In this document: in pieces, positions 1 to 10,120 of the stretch | Position numbering within the stretch: the first letter of the stretch is position 1 | How the letters are laid out: every line of letters begins with the position of its first letter | Assembly: GCF_945277285.1 (NCBI RefSeq) | Contig: NZ_CALYPR010000002.1 | Coordinates: 69,214 to 133,213, forward strand | Direction of reading: 5' to 3' | DNA: 64,000 nucleotides | From: an uncultured Bartonella sp. | GTDB lineage: Bacteria; Pseudomonadota; Alphaproteobacteria; Rhizobiales; Rhizobiaceae | Translations under genes and position numbers: made by a program | The notes under the pieces: model-generated | What the model saw: only the letters and a program-made list of their open reading frames with translations | Told to the model about the DNA's origin: nothing | Databases searched by the model: none

Positions 1-34
1 AAAACATCCAATAAATTCCGAAATCCAAAGAGCA

Positions 35-2341
35 CTAGAATTGCGAAGTCATGCTCACCCACAAGCGGCGGCCTTCGACAACATCATTGAATTGGTCAAC
101 CCCCACACGCTTGTCGAACAGGTTATAAAGCGCGGCGTTGAATTTGACATTTTCGGAAAAAGCGTAGGAGCCGCCGATATCGAACGTGTAATAATCCTCA
201 TATTCGCGGCCGACAATTTTGCCGTTTTTATAAACCGGTTTGCCGGCACTACCGGTTCTGAAACCGGCATTGGTTTCCTTGCCGTGATAATTGGCACCCG
301 CCCAAGCTTCGATTTTTTCAATCGGGGTTTTCCAGTCGGCACGCACATTGGCCATATGTTTTGGCGTTCTGGCAAGCGGCAGCCCCTTGTAATCACCCGA
401 TTTCTGATCGGAATCGGTATAGGTGTAGTTGGAGCGGATGGTAATTGCATCAACAGGCATCCATGTTCCGGTCAATTCGACGCCCTGCATTCTTGCTTTG
501 TCAATATTGAGGTTTTCATAAAGCACATAATTGGGGTCAACCGACCATTCAACCTGCTTGCCTTGTGCGTCATAAACCTGACGATTGGTGATTTTATCTT
601 TGAAATCGGTATAGAAATAGGTTGCACCAAGCTGCAAGTTGTCGAGATTGTCCCACAGGGCAGAAAATTCGTAAGAGGTGCTTTTTTCCGCTTCCAGATT
701 GTCACCACCAATAATCACACCGCAGCGGTTGCGGCCTTTCGGCGGATTGCGGCCATAAAAACAGTTGCCACCACCGGTTGTATAGGCATAGCCCGGGGCG
801 ATTTCACGAATTTCCGGTGCTTTAAAGCCGGTTGAAACACCGCCCTTCAATATCAGATTTTCATTGAGATGCCAGAGCGCATAGCCGCGCGGACTCCAGT
901 GTTTTCCATAAATCTGGTGATGGTCCATGCGGATACCGCCGGTTAAAGAAAAACTGTCGTTGAGCCACCATTCATCTTCGGCAAAACCGGCCCATTGTTC
1001 AATGGCAAATTGCTCGTCAAGGCCGGTGCGCATGCCCGGGTTCTGGTCGGTTAAAACATTGCGGTTAAACTGCCCGCCGGTCACCAGTGTGTGGCGTCCC
1101 ATAATATCGAACGGGGTGGTAAACTTGCCGTCCACCACGGTGTTTCTGATTTCTGGCGCACGCAAATTGGCTTCATAATCATGGATGACTTTATTCCATG
1201 TATAATTGGTGCGCTCGGCTGTTTCCTGCAAAATTGAAAAATCGGCGGTGGTAAAACCATAGCGGCCGGTATAGCCGACCGACCAGTGGTCGCGGTCGTT
1301 CTTGTTATAGGTGTCAACGGCCGCGCGGCTCAGATTTTCAACTCTTTCGATATTGTGGCCGACTGAGCTGTAGCGGCGCAAACGCGTGTGGCCGGCTTCA
1401 AAAGTCAGGTCGTTGAATTCATTCGGTGTGACAGTTATTTTTCCGGTAATGTCGACTTCCTTTTTCTTCGGCGTACCGGAAATAATATCGTCTTCCTCGC
1501 GCCCCAGACCGCGCCCCCAAAGCTGCATGCCCACCACATCAGGGGCAAGTGGCCCGCCGACATAGTAGCTTCCTTGGGCGGTATTGCCATAGTCGCTATG
1601 CTGGTTTGCTGTGCCGTCAACGGTAAAGGTGCCGGTCCATTTTTCTGGCACTTTGCGGGTGATAATGTTGATAACGCCGCCCATTGCGTCAGAGCCGTAA
1701 AGCGATGACATCGGCCCGCGCACCACTTCAATACGTTCGATGGCCGCCGCCGGCGGAATGAAGCTCTGTTCAAAACCGGAATTGCCATTGGTGCGTGCAT
1801 CACGGGTCGACTGGCGTTTACCATCAACCAGAATAAGGGTGTAGGCACCGGGAAGCCCGCGAATGAAAATATCCTGTGTGTCGGCCGTTCCGGTCACAGC
1901 AACGCCCTGCATATTGCGCAATGCATCGGTCAGGTCACGAAAAGCACCTTTTTCGATTTCTTCACGCGAAATAACCGAAATACTGGCGGGTGCATCCTTG
2001 ACATTCTGTTCAAAACCCGTCGCACTCACCACCACCTGCTTGAGCAATGTGCCTTCACCGCCTGAAACTTCCGGTTGATTGGTTGTCGCGTCAGGGGTCT
2101 TGCCATCGGGGGCAGCGTCTTTTGCCGTTTTTGCGGCAATAGTTGCCTGTTCACCGGTTGGTTGGCCATGCTTTTTATTCTTCTTTGCCTCCAGACGCGA
2201 AGTCGCTTGCGCTTCAGCAGATTGAGCTATGGCATTCTGGCTTAAAAATGCACCCGTTGAAAAAAAACAACTGCACGCCAGTGCAATCATAAATTTCCGA
2301 TCTTTCAAACCCTCTTCATGCTTGTCAGGCATTACCGGCAT
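35..2341 (-). CDS. TonB-dependent outer-membrane receptor (siderophore/haem class)
   Basis: ORF 35..2416 (793 aa). Signal-peptide-like MIALACSCFFSTGAFLSQNAIAQS, plug motifs VVVSATGFEQ / DAPASISVI / TLILVDGKR, and a long barrel ending in a terminal aromatic residue (..SMTSQF). Start set at ATG 2341 (AGAGGGA 7-8 nt upstream); 2416 and 2290 are alternatives. Confidence 0.9.
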   Translation of the reverse strand: MPVMPDKHEEGLKDRKFMIALACSCFFSTGAFLSQNAIAQSAEAQATSRLEAKKNKKHGQPTGEQATIAAKTAKDAAPDGKTPDATTNQPEVSGGEGTLLKQVVVSATGFEQNVKDAPASISVISREEIEKGAFRDLTDALRNMQGVAVTGTADTQDIFIRGLPGAYTLILVDGKRQSTRDARTNGNSGFEQSFIPPAAAIERIEVVRGPMSSLYGSDAMGGVINIITRKVPEKWTGTFTVDGTANQHSDYGNTAQGSYYVGGPLAPDVVGMQLWGRGLGREEDDIISGTPKKKEVDITGKITVTPNEFNDLTFEAGHTRLRRYSSVGHNIERVENLSRAAVDTYNKNDRDHWSVGYTGRYGFTTADFSILQETAERTNYTWNKVIHDYEANLRAPEIRNTVVDGKFTTPFDIMGRHTLVTGGQFNRNVLTDQNPGMRTGLDEQFAIEQWAGFAEDEWWLNDSFSLTGGIRMDHHQIYGKHWSPRGYALWHLNENLILKGGVSTGFKAPEIREIAPGYAYTTGGGNCFYGRNPPKGRNRCGVIIGGDNLEAEKSTSYEFSALWDNLDNLQLGATYFYTDFKDKITNRQVYDAQGKQVEWSVDPNYVLYENLNIDKARMQGVELTGTWMPVDAITIRSNYTYTDSDQKSGDYKGLPLARTPKHMANVRADWKTPIEKIEAWAGANYHGKETNAGFRTGSAGKPVYKNGKIVGREYEDYYTFDIGGSYAFSENVKFNAALYNLFDKRVGVDQFNDVVEGRRLWVSMTSQF

Positions 2342-2422
2342 TGTGGATCCCTCTTGTGTTAAAACTATACAAACAAAGTATCCTTTTAGAAGGGGGATGC
2401 GACACTCTGTCAACACGTATGA

Positions 2423-2439
2423 TTTAGAAGAGTTCGAAA
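2423..2439. promoter_or_regulatory. Irr-type iron control element (ICE)-like box TTTAGAA-GAG-TTCGAAA
   Basis: 13 of 14 specified positions match the rhizobial ICE consensus TTTAGAA-N3-TTCTAAA. It lies about 80 nt upstream of the preferred start of the TonB-dependent receptor. Confidence 0.5.
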
Positions 2440-2508
2440 GTTCTGTAAAACATGAATAGAAACAGCAAGTTATTTTTTAAAAAAAACGGCTGTGGATAAT
2501 TTTTACTA

Positions 2509-2544
2509 CAAAAAAAAGTTGAAAGGGGTTTTGCCCTTTCAACT
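2509..2544 (-). terminator. Rho-independent terminator downstream of the cupin/ADH genes
   Basis: Hairpin AGTTGAAAGGG-gttttg-CCCTTTCAACT (11-bp stem), followed on the minus strand by 8 T (A-run 2510-2517 on +). It lies about 130 nt after the cupin stop. Confidence 0.7.
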
Positions 2545-2674
2545 TTTGCGTCATTGTATCTGAAAATGATTGCCAGCTGAGGTGGCAATTGGCGAATCGA
2601 AAAAGCAGTTTTGGCCTGCTTCTTTGCAACCTTCTGTCGCGTTTTGTTAACGCTCTTTTGTCACCGGCACCTTT

Positions 2675-3073
2675 TCAGCCACGTTTATATTGTTCATCGC
2701 TCACCGGTTCCAGCCAGTCGGCACTTTTGCCATTGACCGTTTCCTGAATGGCATAATGCGACATGGCACTTTCGGGAGAGGCGCCGTGCCAGTGTTTTTC
2801 TCCCGGTTCAAACCACACAATATCGCCGGCTGAAACTTCTTCCACCGGCCCGCCTTCACGCTGGATCCAGCCGCGCCCGAAGGTGATAATAATTGCCTGG
2901 CCTTTCGGGTGGGTGTGCCAGTTTGTGCGTGCACCGGGCTCGAAGGTGACATGGCCGGCCAGAAGGTTGGAACCTTGGTGCAGGTCGATTGCCGGGTCAA
3001 GACGCACTGTGCCGGTAAAAAATTCGGCTGGTACTTTGCCGGAAGGACGGCTGCCGCTGCGTTTTATTTCCAT
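2675..3073 (-). CDS. cupin-domain protein
   Basis: ORF 2675..3115. Start moved to ATG 3073 (AAGGA about 8 nt upstream); the longer version starts at a TTG 7 nt after the ADH stop. Cupin_2 metal motif NWHTHPKGQ ... GEKHWHGA. Confidence 0.8.
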   Translation of the reverse strand: MEIKRSGSRPSGKVPAEFFTGTVRLDPAIDLHQGSNLLAGHVTFEPGARTNWHTHPKGQAIIITFGRGWIQREGGPVEEVSAGDIVWFEPGEKHWHGASPESAMSHYAIQETVNGKSADWLEPVSDEQYKRG

Positions 3074-3121
3074 TTGTTTTTCCTTCAATAAAAATTGGTT
3101 ATCAAAACTTTTCAAAAATTG

Positions 3122-4171
3122 TCAGAAAGAAGCCATGTCGATGACAAAACGATATTTGACATCGCTTTTCAGCATCCGGTCATAAGCATGGTCGATTTCT
3201 TGCGCTTTGATCATTTCGATATCGGCGGTAATGGCGTGTTTGCCACAAAAATCAAGCATTTCCTGTGTTTCGGCAATGCCGCCAATGGCCGAACCGGCAA
3301 ATGAACGGCGCGCCGTAATCAGGTTGAACACACCAACCGGTAACGGCTGGGAAGGTGCGCCCACCTGCACCAAGGTGCCATTCACCTTCAAAAGGTTCAA
3401 ATAGGCATCAATGTCATGTTTTGCGGCAATGGTATCAATAATAAGATCAAGCGTTTTTTGCGCCTTTTGCATGTCGTCGCTATTTCTTGTCAACACCACA
3501 TGGTGGGCACCAAGGCGGCGGGCATCGGCTTCCTTGGAAGGCGAGGTGGTGAGCATTGTCACATCGGCGCCCATAGCGTGGGCCAGTTTGACCGCCATGT
3601 GGCCCAGACCGCCAAGTCCGGCAACCCCAACTTTCACACCCGGCTTTGCGCCCCAGTGTTTTAATGGCGAATAGGTGGTAATGCCGGCGCAAAGCAGCGG
3701 GGCAGCCGCCGCCAGATCAAGATTTTCCGGCACTCTTAAAACGAAATTTTCGTTGACAACAATGCGCTTGGAATAGCCGCCGAATGTATAGCGGTCTTTG
3801 CCGGTTTCCGGATCAGGGCTGTTATAGGTCAGCGTATTGCCGTTTTCGCAATATTGTTCAAGGCCGTTGCGGCAGCAATCACACTTGCCGCAGGAATTGA
3901 CCATGCAGCCCACCCCCACTGTGTCGCCCGCTTTGAACTTGGTTACCTTTTTGCCAATGCGGCGCACTTTGCCGACAATTTCATGGCCGGGTACACAAGG
4001 ATAAAGCGTGCCACCCCATTCGTCACGCGCCGTATGCAGGTCGGAATGGCAAACACCACAATAAAGAATGTCGATATCGACATCATAGTCAAGCGGGTCG
4101 CGCCGCTCGAAACTGAAGGGATGGAATTTTTCTTTCGCGCCGTCGGTGGCAAATGCCTCGCATGTAAACAT
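3122..4171 (-). CDS. Zn-dependent NAD(P) alcohol dehydrogenase (MDR family, YahK/AdhC-like)
   Basis: 349 aa with GVCHSDLH, GHEIVGKV, the structural-Zn Cys cluster CGKCDCCRNGLEQYC and the nucleotide fold GLGGLGHMAVKLA. AAAGGAAAT RBS lies before the ATG. Confidence 0.9.
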   Translation of the reverse strand: MFTCEAFATDGAKEKFHPFSFERRDPLDYDVDIDILYCGVCHSDLHTARDEWGGTLYPCVPGHEIVGKVRRIGKKVTKFKAGDTVGVGCMVNSCGKCDCCRNGLEQYCENGNTLTYNSPDPETGKDRYTFGGYSKRIVVNENFVLRVPENLDLAAAAPLLCAGITTYSPLKHWGAKPGVKVGVAGLGGLGHMAVKLAHAMGADVTMLTTSPSKEADARRLGAHHVVLTRNSDDMQKAQKTLDLIIDTIAAKHDIDAYLNLLKVNGTLVQVGAPSQPLPVGVFNLITARRSFAGSAIGGIAETQEMLDFCGKHAITADIEMIKAQEIDHAYDRMLKSDVKYRFVIDMASF

Positions 4172-4416
4172 ATCAAATTTCCTTTCACTTCACTTGACAG
4201 TCAATGCGCACAGGCCCTGCTGCCAGTTTTAAGGTTGCCAAATGCGCCGGTCTTTTGCAAAGTCAATTTATTATAAAACCAACAAAAATAGTTGAGATTT
4301 GATTTCACTATATTCTTGTTGCGGGCTTTGATAAGTTATCTTGCAAAGCATAGGTTTATGAAATGAATTCATAAATTTTTCAAAACACCGGGTTACATAA
4401 ACAGGAAGTGACAAAA

Positions 4417-5280
4417 ATGGCAAAAGTAGCGTTTATCGGTTTGGGTGTGATGGGATATCCGATGGCCGGACATTTGAAGGCCGCCGGTCATGATGTGACC
4501 GTCTATAACCGCACAGCTGCAAAGGCTGAAAAATGGGTTAAACAATTTGGTGGCAAAAAAGCCGATACACCGGCCAATGCGGCCAAAGGTCAGGATATTG
4601 TTTTTGCCTGTGTCGGCAATGATGATGATGTGCGTGAAATCACAATCGGCAAAAACGGTGCCTTCAATACCATGGCAAAAGGAACGCTTTTTGTCGACCA
4701 CACAACAGATTCGGCAAAAGTTGCCCGTGAGCTTGCCGAAAGAGCGGCAAAAAGCGGCATCGGTTTTATTGATGCGCCGGTATCGGGCGGGCAAGCCGGC
4801 GCCGAAGGCGGCAAGCTCACCATTATGTGCGGTGGTAAAAAGCAGGATTTCGACCGCATTTTTGATATTTTAAAAGCCTATGGCATTTCGGTGCGCCTGA
4901 TGGGGGCAAATGGCAGCGGTCAATTGTGCAAAATGGTCAACCAGATTTGCCTTGCCGGTGTGGTTCAGGGGCTCGCTGAAGGGCTGGCCTTCGGCAAAAA
5001 AGCCGGTCTTGATATGATGGCAGTGCTTGATGTGATTTCCAAAGGGGCGGCTGGCTCTTGGCAAATGTCGAACCGCGGCCAGACCATGATAGAAGATAAA
5101 TTCGATTTCGGTTTTGCCGTTGACTGGATGCGCAAAGATCTCGGCATTTGCCTTGATGAGGCAAAAACCAATGGCGCGGTTTTGCCCGTCACCGCTTTGA
5201 TCGACCAGTTCTATGGCGATATTGTCGCCAATCATGGTGGCCGTCTTGACACGTCAAGCTTAATCAAGCGCCTGCCTTGA
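4417..5280 (+). CDS. NAD(P)-dependent 3-hydroxyisobutyrate / 2-hydroxy-3-oxopropionate reductase-family dehydrogenase
   Basis: N-terminal Rossmann motif AFIGLGVMGYPMAGHL and about 290 aa, typical of the HIBADH/6PGDH-NAD-binding family. ATG 4417 is preferred over GTG 4408 (AGGAAG 9 nt upstream). Confidence 0.85.
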   Translation: MAKVAFIGLGVMGYPMAGHLKAAGHDVTVYNRTAAKAEKWVKQFGGKKADTPANAAKGQDIVFACVGNDDDVREITIGKNGAFNTMAKGTLFVDHTTDSAKVARELAERAAKSGIGFIDAPVSGGQAGAEGGKLTIMCGGKKQDFDRIFDILKAYGISVRLMGANGSGQLCKMVNQICLAGVVQGLAEGLAFGKKAGLDMMAVLDVISKGAAGSWQMSNRGQTMIEDKFDFGFAVDWMRKDLGICLDEAKTNGAVLPVTALIDQFYGDIVANHGGRLDTSSLIKRLP

Positions 5281-5500
5281 ACGTTCCGGCTAAAAGAAAG
5301 TCAAAAGCCATGTTTGCCGGTCTCTAGGCTTTAGGCTGTCTCACCGGCTACAGCTTACGGGGTTGATGTTTTTTTAAAGTGGGGTGAAAAGGACAGGTCA
5401 ATTTGCCAAAGTCATTGGCTTTGCCTGTTTTTAAAAAACCACGGGGCTATTTAAAGCTTGCTGTTTTAAAGTTAGGCGGCGGGGGCGATTTTTTACTTGT

Positions 5501-6478
5501 TTATGCAGTTGACCCGCGCACAATGAGCTTGCTTGCCACAACTGTCTGGCTCACCGGTTTTCGCGGATTTTTAATCCGTTCCATCAGCCCGTGATAGGTT
5601 TCATTGGCAATTTCCCTGACCGGCTGGGCAATGGTGGTCACACCGTTGAAAACCAGTTCCATCCACGGTTCATCATCAAAAGCGGCAAAGGCCACTTTTT
5701 CCGGCACGGCAATGTCCGCTTTTTTTAAACATGCGGCAACTTTTGCGGCCATAACACCATTAGTGACAATAAGCGCATCAACATCATCGACTTTTCTGAA
5801 AATGCTATCAAGGGTTTTTTGCAATGATTCTTCGGTATGTTTTACCGGAAAACTTCTTGGCTCGAGGCCCAAGTCCTGCATTGCCTGTTCATAGCCTTTT
5901 TGCCGTTGAAAGCCGGTGCTGCTGGTCACCCCGTAAAGGCAGACAATGTTTTTTCGGCCACGCTCGTAAAGATGGCGGACAAGCTTTGCAGAAGCCTGCC
6001 CGTTGTCGATCAGAACCGCGTCGTAAAGCACCACTTCGGGGTTGCGGTCAATCATGATAAGCGGGCGGCTGATTTTTATCGGGGTTGTCATATGACTCGT
6101 CAACAATGTCGGGCTCAGAATAATACCGGCAACATTTTCTTCTTCCATCAGGTCAAGATAGTTTTTTTCCTGCACCGGATTCTCGTCGGTGTTACACAAA
6201 ATGACATGTTGGTGGCGGTCTTTGGCAATATCGTCAATGGCGCGGGCAAAACGGGTAAAAAACGGGTTTCTGATGTCGGCAATAATGAGGCCGATTGTGT
6301 CGCTGGTTTTGGCACGCAAACGCCGCGCGGCAAGGTTTGGCCGGTAGCCTGTCTGCCGGATGGCTTTTTCTACCTTGTCTTTCAAGGTTTTGCTTACAGC
6401 TTTTTTGGCAAGCACCCGCGAAACCGTGGCCGGTGAAACACCAGCGAGTTTTGCAACATCCTTAATTGTGGCGGCCAT
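5501..6478 (-). CDS. LacI/GalR-family transcriptional repressor (probable fru operon regulator)
   Basis: N-terminal HTH TIKDVAKLAGVSPATVSRVL plus a periplasmic-binding-protein-like sugar domain. Divergent from fruB, with two LacI-type palindromes in the shared intergenic region. Confidence 0.9.
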   Translation of the reverse strand: MAATIKDVAKLAGVSPATVSRVLAKKAVSKTLKDKVEKAIRQTGYRPNLAARRLRAKTSDTIGLIIADIRNPFFTRFARAIDDIAKDRHQHVILCNTDENPVQEKNYLDLMEEENVAGIILSPTLLTSHMTTPIKISRPLIMIDRNPEVVLYDAVLIDNGQASAKLVRHLYERGRKNIVCLYGVTSSTGFQRQKGYEQAMQDLGLEPRSFPVKHTEESLQKTLDSIFRKVDDVDALIVTNGVMAAKVAACLKKADIAVPEKVAFAAFDDEPWMELVFNGVTTIAQPVREIANETYHGLMERIKNPRKPVSQTVVASKLIVRGSTA

Positions 6479-6532
6479 GACAATATTTTTCCTTTTTTAT
6501 TTCCCGTTAAGGTGTATCCGGCGTTTTTTTCT

Positions 6533-6546
6533 TGAAAACGTTTTCA
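6533..6546. promoter_or_regulatory. LacI-family operator, perfect palindrome TGAAAACGTTTTCA
   Basis: Perfect 14-bp palindrome matching the LacI/GalR/Cra operator pattern TGNAANCGNTTNCA. It lies in the lacI-fruB divergent region. Confidence 0.8.
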
Positions 6547-6599
6547 TAATTTGCTGTAGAATTGACTAACAGAATTAAACTTTTACTTGATCTTTTTCA

Positions 6600-6613
6600 A
6601 GAAAACGTTTTCA
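6600..6613. promoter_or_regulatory. second LacI-family operator AGAAAACGTTTTCA
   Basis: 13/14 identical to the palindrome at 6533-6546. It lies 34 nt upstream of the fruB GTG and downstream of a TTGACT -35-like hexamer at 6562-6567. Confidence 0.75.
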
Positions 6614-6646
6614 ATTCCACTTGATCAGCCATAAGGGAGGGAACCC

Positions 6647-9163
6647 GTGGCACAAGCACCTTTAAAAACAGCAATCCTTTCTGAAAATGCCATTTTGTTG
6701 AATGCGCAATTTGCCGATAAAGAAGCGGCAATCCGTGCCGCAGCAAAGCTTCTTGTCGATGCCGGTGCGGTTGCACCCGATTATGCTGAAAGTATGCTGG
6801 CGCGCGAAAAGGTAGCCAATACGTGGCTTGGTTCAGGCGTTGCCATTCCCCACGGTATGGTCGAGGATAGATCGCTTGTCAAACATGATGCGATTTCGGT
6901 TCTCCAGTTGCCCGATGGTGTCGAATGGCAAAATGGTGAAAAAGCCCGGCTTGTTTTTGGCATTGCTGCCAATTCCGACGGCCATATCGAAATTTTAAAA
7001 AAGCTCACCCGCCTTTTGAATAATCCTGAAAAGCTTGAAGGGCTTGTCAAAACAAAAGACAAATCGGTTATTGTTGAGGCCCTCACCGATGATGCACTTT
7101 CAGGCGGAAACGGTCAGCAAGACAAGGCAGGCGACCTTCATACCAAAAAACAATGGGTGATTGATTACCCGACCGGTCTTCACGCCCGTCCTGCCTCTAT
7201 CTGGGTGGAATTTGCCAAAAAAAGCGGTGCCGAAATCCGCGTGCGCAATGGCAATAGTGCCGCTTCAATGGCAAGCCTTGCCGGGCTTTTGCAACTGGGA
7301 GCCAAAGTGGGCGACACGCTCACTTTTTCAACCGAGGCGGAAAATGGTGAAAATCTGTTGCAAGAAGCCATATTAATGGCCAGAAAAATCACGGCTAGCG
7401 AGCAGGAAGCAGCTGAAAAAGCCAGAATAAAACCCAAAAAAGTGCATGGCTGGCGCCCGCAATCGGGTCTAAAGGGCATAAATGGCCTGTCGGCAAGTCC
7501 CGGGCTTTCGGTTGGCTCGGTATTTCTTCTGCAAAGTGGCAAGGTTGCGGTTGAAGATGCCCCGCAAGATTTGGCCAAAGATGCCGAACTTCTGGAAAAT
7601 GCGCTCGAACGCACCAAAGACAAGATGAAGGCAATTGTCGATGATGTTACCCGCCGCATCGGGGCGTCCGATGCCGCTATTTTCAAGGCGCAAGCAGCAC
7701 TTCTTGCCGATGATAATCTGATTTCTTCGGCCTGCCGGCTGATGGCGGAAGGCCATGGCGCGGCGTGGAGCTGGTTTCATGCGGTGGAAGAGGCGGCAAC
7801 CGGTTTGAGTGCCATGGATAATCCGGTTCTGGCTGCCCGTGCGGTTGATTTGCGCGATGTCGGCGGGCGGGTTCTTGCCGAAATTGATCCTCGTTATGCC
7901 AAGGGTTCGTTTGAAAATATCGGTGAGGGGGCAATTGTTATTGCTGAAGATCTCACCCCTTCCGACACAGCCAATCTCGACCCGAAAAAGGTTCGTGGTC
8001 TTGTCACCGCTTCCGGTGGGCCCACCTCGCACACGGCAATTTTGGCGCGCACATTGGGCATTCCCGCTCTTGTTGCGGCAGGAGAGGGGGTTTTTCAAGC
8101 CAAGGATGGCCAAAAAGCCATTATTGATGGCTATAATGGCATTCTTTATCTTGCTCCCACAAAAGACGATATAAAGGGGGCTGAAAAGCAAATAGCGCTT
8201 CTTGCCGAAGAGCGCAAAAATCAGGCTTTGGCACGCTCTGAGCCCGCAAAAACAACCGACGGCCATGTGATTGATATTGCTGCCAATATCAACCGGCCCG
8301 ATCAGGTGGCCTTTGCTGTGGATCAGGGTGGCGAAGGTGTCGGCCTCATGCGCACCGAATTTCTGTTTCTTGAAAGCAATGAAACCCCTGATGAAGATAG
8401 CCAATTTAACGTCTATCGTGAAATGATCCATCGTCTTGAAGGCAAGTCGCTTATTATCCGTGCCCTTGATATCGGTGGCGACAAGCAGGTTGCCCATCTT
8501 GATTTGCCGAAAGAGGATAACCCCTTTTTGGGGGTAAGAGGGGCAAGACTTCTGTTGCGCCGCAAAGACCTGCTGGTGCCGCAGCTAAGGGCAATCTACC
8601 GCGCTGCCAAAGCCGAAGGCGCCGCCCCGTGGATCATGTTTCCAATGGTCATGTCGGTTGACGAGATTATCAAATTGAAAGAAATGGCAGAAGAAATCCG
8701 CCATGATCTTGCTGCACCGGTGCTCAAACTTGGCATTATGATTGAAGTGCCGGCGGCCGCCATCATGGCCGATATTTTTGCCACCCATGTCGATTTCTTT
8801 TCCATTGGCACCAATGATCTGACCCAGTATACAATGGCGGTTGACCGCCAGAATCCTGATCTTGCCGCTGAAGCAGACAGCCTCAATCCGGCGGTGTTGC
8901 GCATGGTCAGGGAAACGGTCGATGGCGCCAGAAAATCGGCAAAATGGGTGGGCGTTTGCGGAGGCATTGCCGGCGACCCGTTTGGTGCGATGTTGCTTGC
9001 CGGCCTTGGTGTCAATGAATTGTCGATGACCCCGCGCGATATTTCGGCAGTTAAGGCGCGACTTCGCAAAACAAGCCTTGCCGATATGCAAAAGCTGGCC
9101 AATCAGGCCTTGCAGTGTGAAACCGCCGAAGCCGTTCGCGCCCTTGACGAGGTGGCGCAATGA
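6647..9163 (+). CDS. fruB: fructose PTS multiphosphoryl transfer protein (EIIA-Fru / HPr-like / Enzyme I fusion)
   Basis: 838 aa. N-terminal EIIA(Fru/Ntr type) with GVAIPHG, a central HPr-like domain with GLHARPAS, and C-terminal Enzyme I with GGPTSHTAILAR and GTNDLTQY. GTG start preceded by GGGAGGG. This domain order is known from the Rhodobacter capsulatus MTP. Confidence 0.9.
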   Translation: MAQAPLKTAILSENAILLNAQFADKEAAIRAAAKLLVDAGAVAPDYAESMLAREKVANTWLGSGVAIPHGMVEDRSLVKHDAISVLQLPDGVEWQNGEKARLVFGIAANSDGHIEILKKLTRLLNNPEKLEGLVKTKDKSVIVEALTDDALSGGNGQQDKAGDLHTKKQWVIDYPTGLHARPASIWVEFAKKSGAEIRVRNGNSAASMASLAGLLQLGAKVGDTLTFSTEAENGENLLQEAILMARKITASEQEAAEKARIKPKKVHGWRPQSGLKGINGLSASPGLSVGSVFLLQSGKVAVEDAPQDLAKDAELLENALERTKDKMKAIVDDVTRRIGASDAAIFKAQAALLADDNLISSACRLMAEGHGAAWSWFHAVEEAATGLSAMDNPVLAARAVDLRDVGGRVLAEIDPRYAKGSFENIGEGAIVIAEDLTPSDTANLDPKKVRGLVTASGGPTSHTAILARTLGIPALVAAGEGVFQAKDGQKAIIDGYNGILYLAPTKDDIKGAEKQIALLAEERKNQALARSEPAKTTDGHVIDIAANINRPDQVAFAVDQGGEGVGLMRTEFLFLESNETPDEDSQFNVYREMIHRLEGKSLIIRALDIGGDKQVAHLDLPKEDNPFLGVRGARLLLRRKDLLVPQLRAIYRAAKAEGAAPWIMFPMVMSVDEIIKLKEMAEEIRHDLAAPVLKLGIMIEVPAAAIMADIFATHVDFFSIGTNDLTQYTMAVDRQNPDLAAEADSLNPAVLRMVRETVDGARKSAKWVGVCGGIAGDPFGAMLLAGLGVNELSMTPRDISAVKARLRKTSLADMQKLANQALQCETAEAVRALDEVAQ

Positions 9164-10089
9164 AAATATCAACTCTCACGGTCAATCCGGCCATTGATGA
9201 AACGGTGTTTCTTGAAAAGCTCGAACGCGGCCATGTCCACAGGGCTCGAAAAGTCAGCTTCAATGCCGGTGGCAAGGGCATCAATGTGGCCGCCTGCCTC
9301 GCCGATTTCGGTGTTCCGGTGGCGGTGACCGGCTTTTTGGGCAAGGATAATATCCGCCTGTTTGAAGCACTTTTCAAACGCCGCCATATTGAAGACCATT
9401 TCATTCGCCGTGACGGTGAAACGCGCACCAATATCAAAATTGTCGACGAGAGTGAAACCACCGATATCAATTTGCAAGGTTTGCCGCCGAGCACAGAAGA
9501 GATCGAAAAAGTGCAACACAGCGTTGATCAATTGCTGCTTTCGGACTCGCTGATGGTAATGAGCGGCAGCCTGTTGCCAAAAATGCCGGCAAGCTTTTAT
9601 GCCAATGAAGTCAAACGGGCAAAAAGTGGCGCAAAAATCATTGTCGATTGTAGCGGAGAAGCTTTGGTCGAATTGTTGAAGGCTGAAAAACTACCGCTCG
9701 CCATCAAACCCAATAGTGATGAACTGTCGCAATATTGCGGGCATCCGCTTGAAAACGAGAACGAGGTTTTAACCGTTGCCCGCTCGCTGATTGCACGCGG
9801 CATGCACCTTGTCACCGTTTCGCTCGGGGCAAAAGGCGCGGTTTTTGTCGGCAAAGAACAGGCTTTCCATGCCCGTCTTCCGGCCGGAAATGTGGAAAGC
9901 ACGGTCGGGGCAGGCGATGCCATGGTGGCCGGTATTGCCGCCGCTTTTTGTGAAAATGCCGGGCTTGAACGGATTGCACGGCTTGCCACCGCCTTTGCCG
10001 TAGGCAAACTTACAAATCTCGGCCCGGTTTTGCCGGAAAAAACGATGATAGAACATTTGGCAAAGAAAGTAGAATGCCGGCCGCTTTAA
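9160..10089 (+). CDS. fruK: 1-phosphofructokinase (PfkB family)
   Basis: 309 aa with GGKGINVA and VGAGDAMVAG ribokinase-family motifs. ATGA overlap with the fruB stop; lies between fruB and fruA. Confidence 0.9.
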   Translation: MKISTLTVNPAIDETVFLEKLERGHVHRARKVSFNAGGKGINVAACLADFGVPVAVTGFLGKDNIRLFEALFKRRHIEDHFIRRDGETRTNIKIVDESETTDINLQGLPPSTEEIEKVQHSVDQLLLSDSLMVMSGSLLPKMPASFYANEVKRAKSGAKIIVDCSGEALVELLKAEKLPLAIKPNSDELSQYCGHPLENENEVLTVARSLIARGMHLVTVSLGAKGAVFVGKEQAFHARLPAGNVESTVGAGDAMVAGIAAAFCENAGLERIARLATAFAVGKLTNLGPVLPEKTMIEHLAKKVECRPL

Positions 10090-10120
10090 CCGGTGGTCCC
10101 ATTTGAACAGGGAGAACAAC

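Noticed and set aside
41-835. 264-aa plus-strand ORF inside the first TonB receptor gene
   Set aside because: It is antisense to a well-supported gene, its composition is low-complexity and Gly/Ile/Phe-rich, and it has no motifs. It is a shadow ORF.
7469-8497. 342-aa minus-strand ORF antisense to fruB
   Set aside because: It overlaps the Enzyme I domain, which has clear catalytic motifs on the plus strand. Its translation has no recognisable features.
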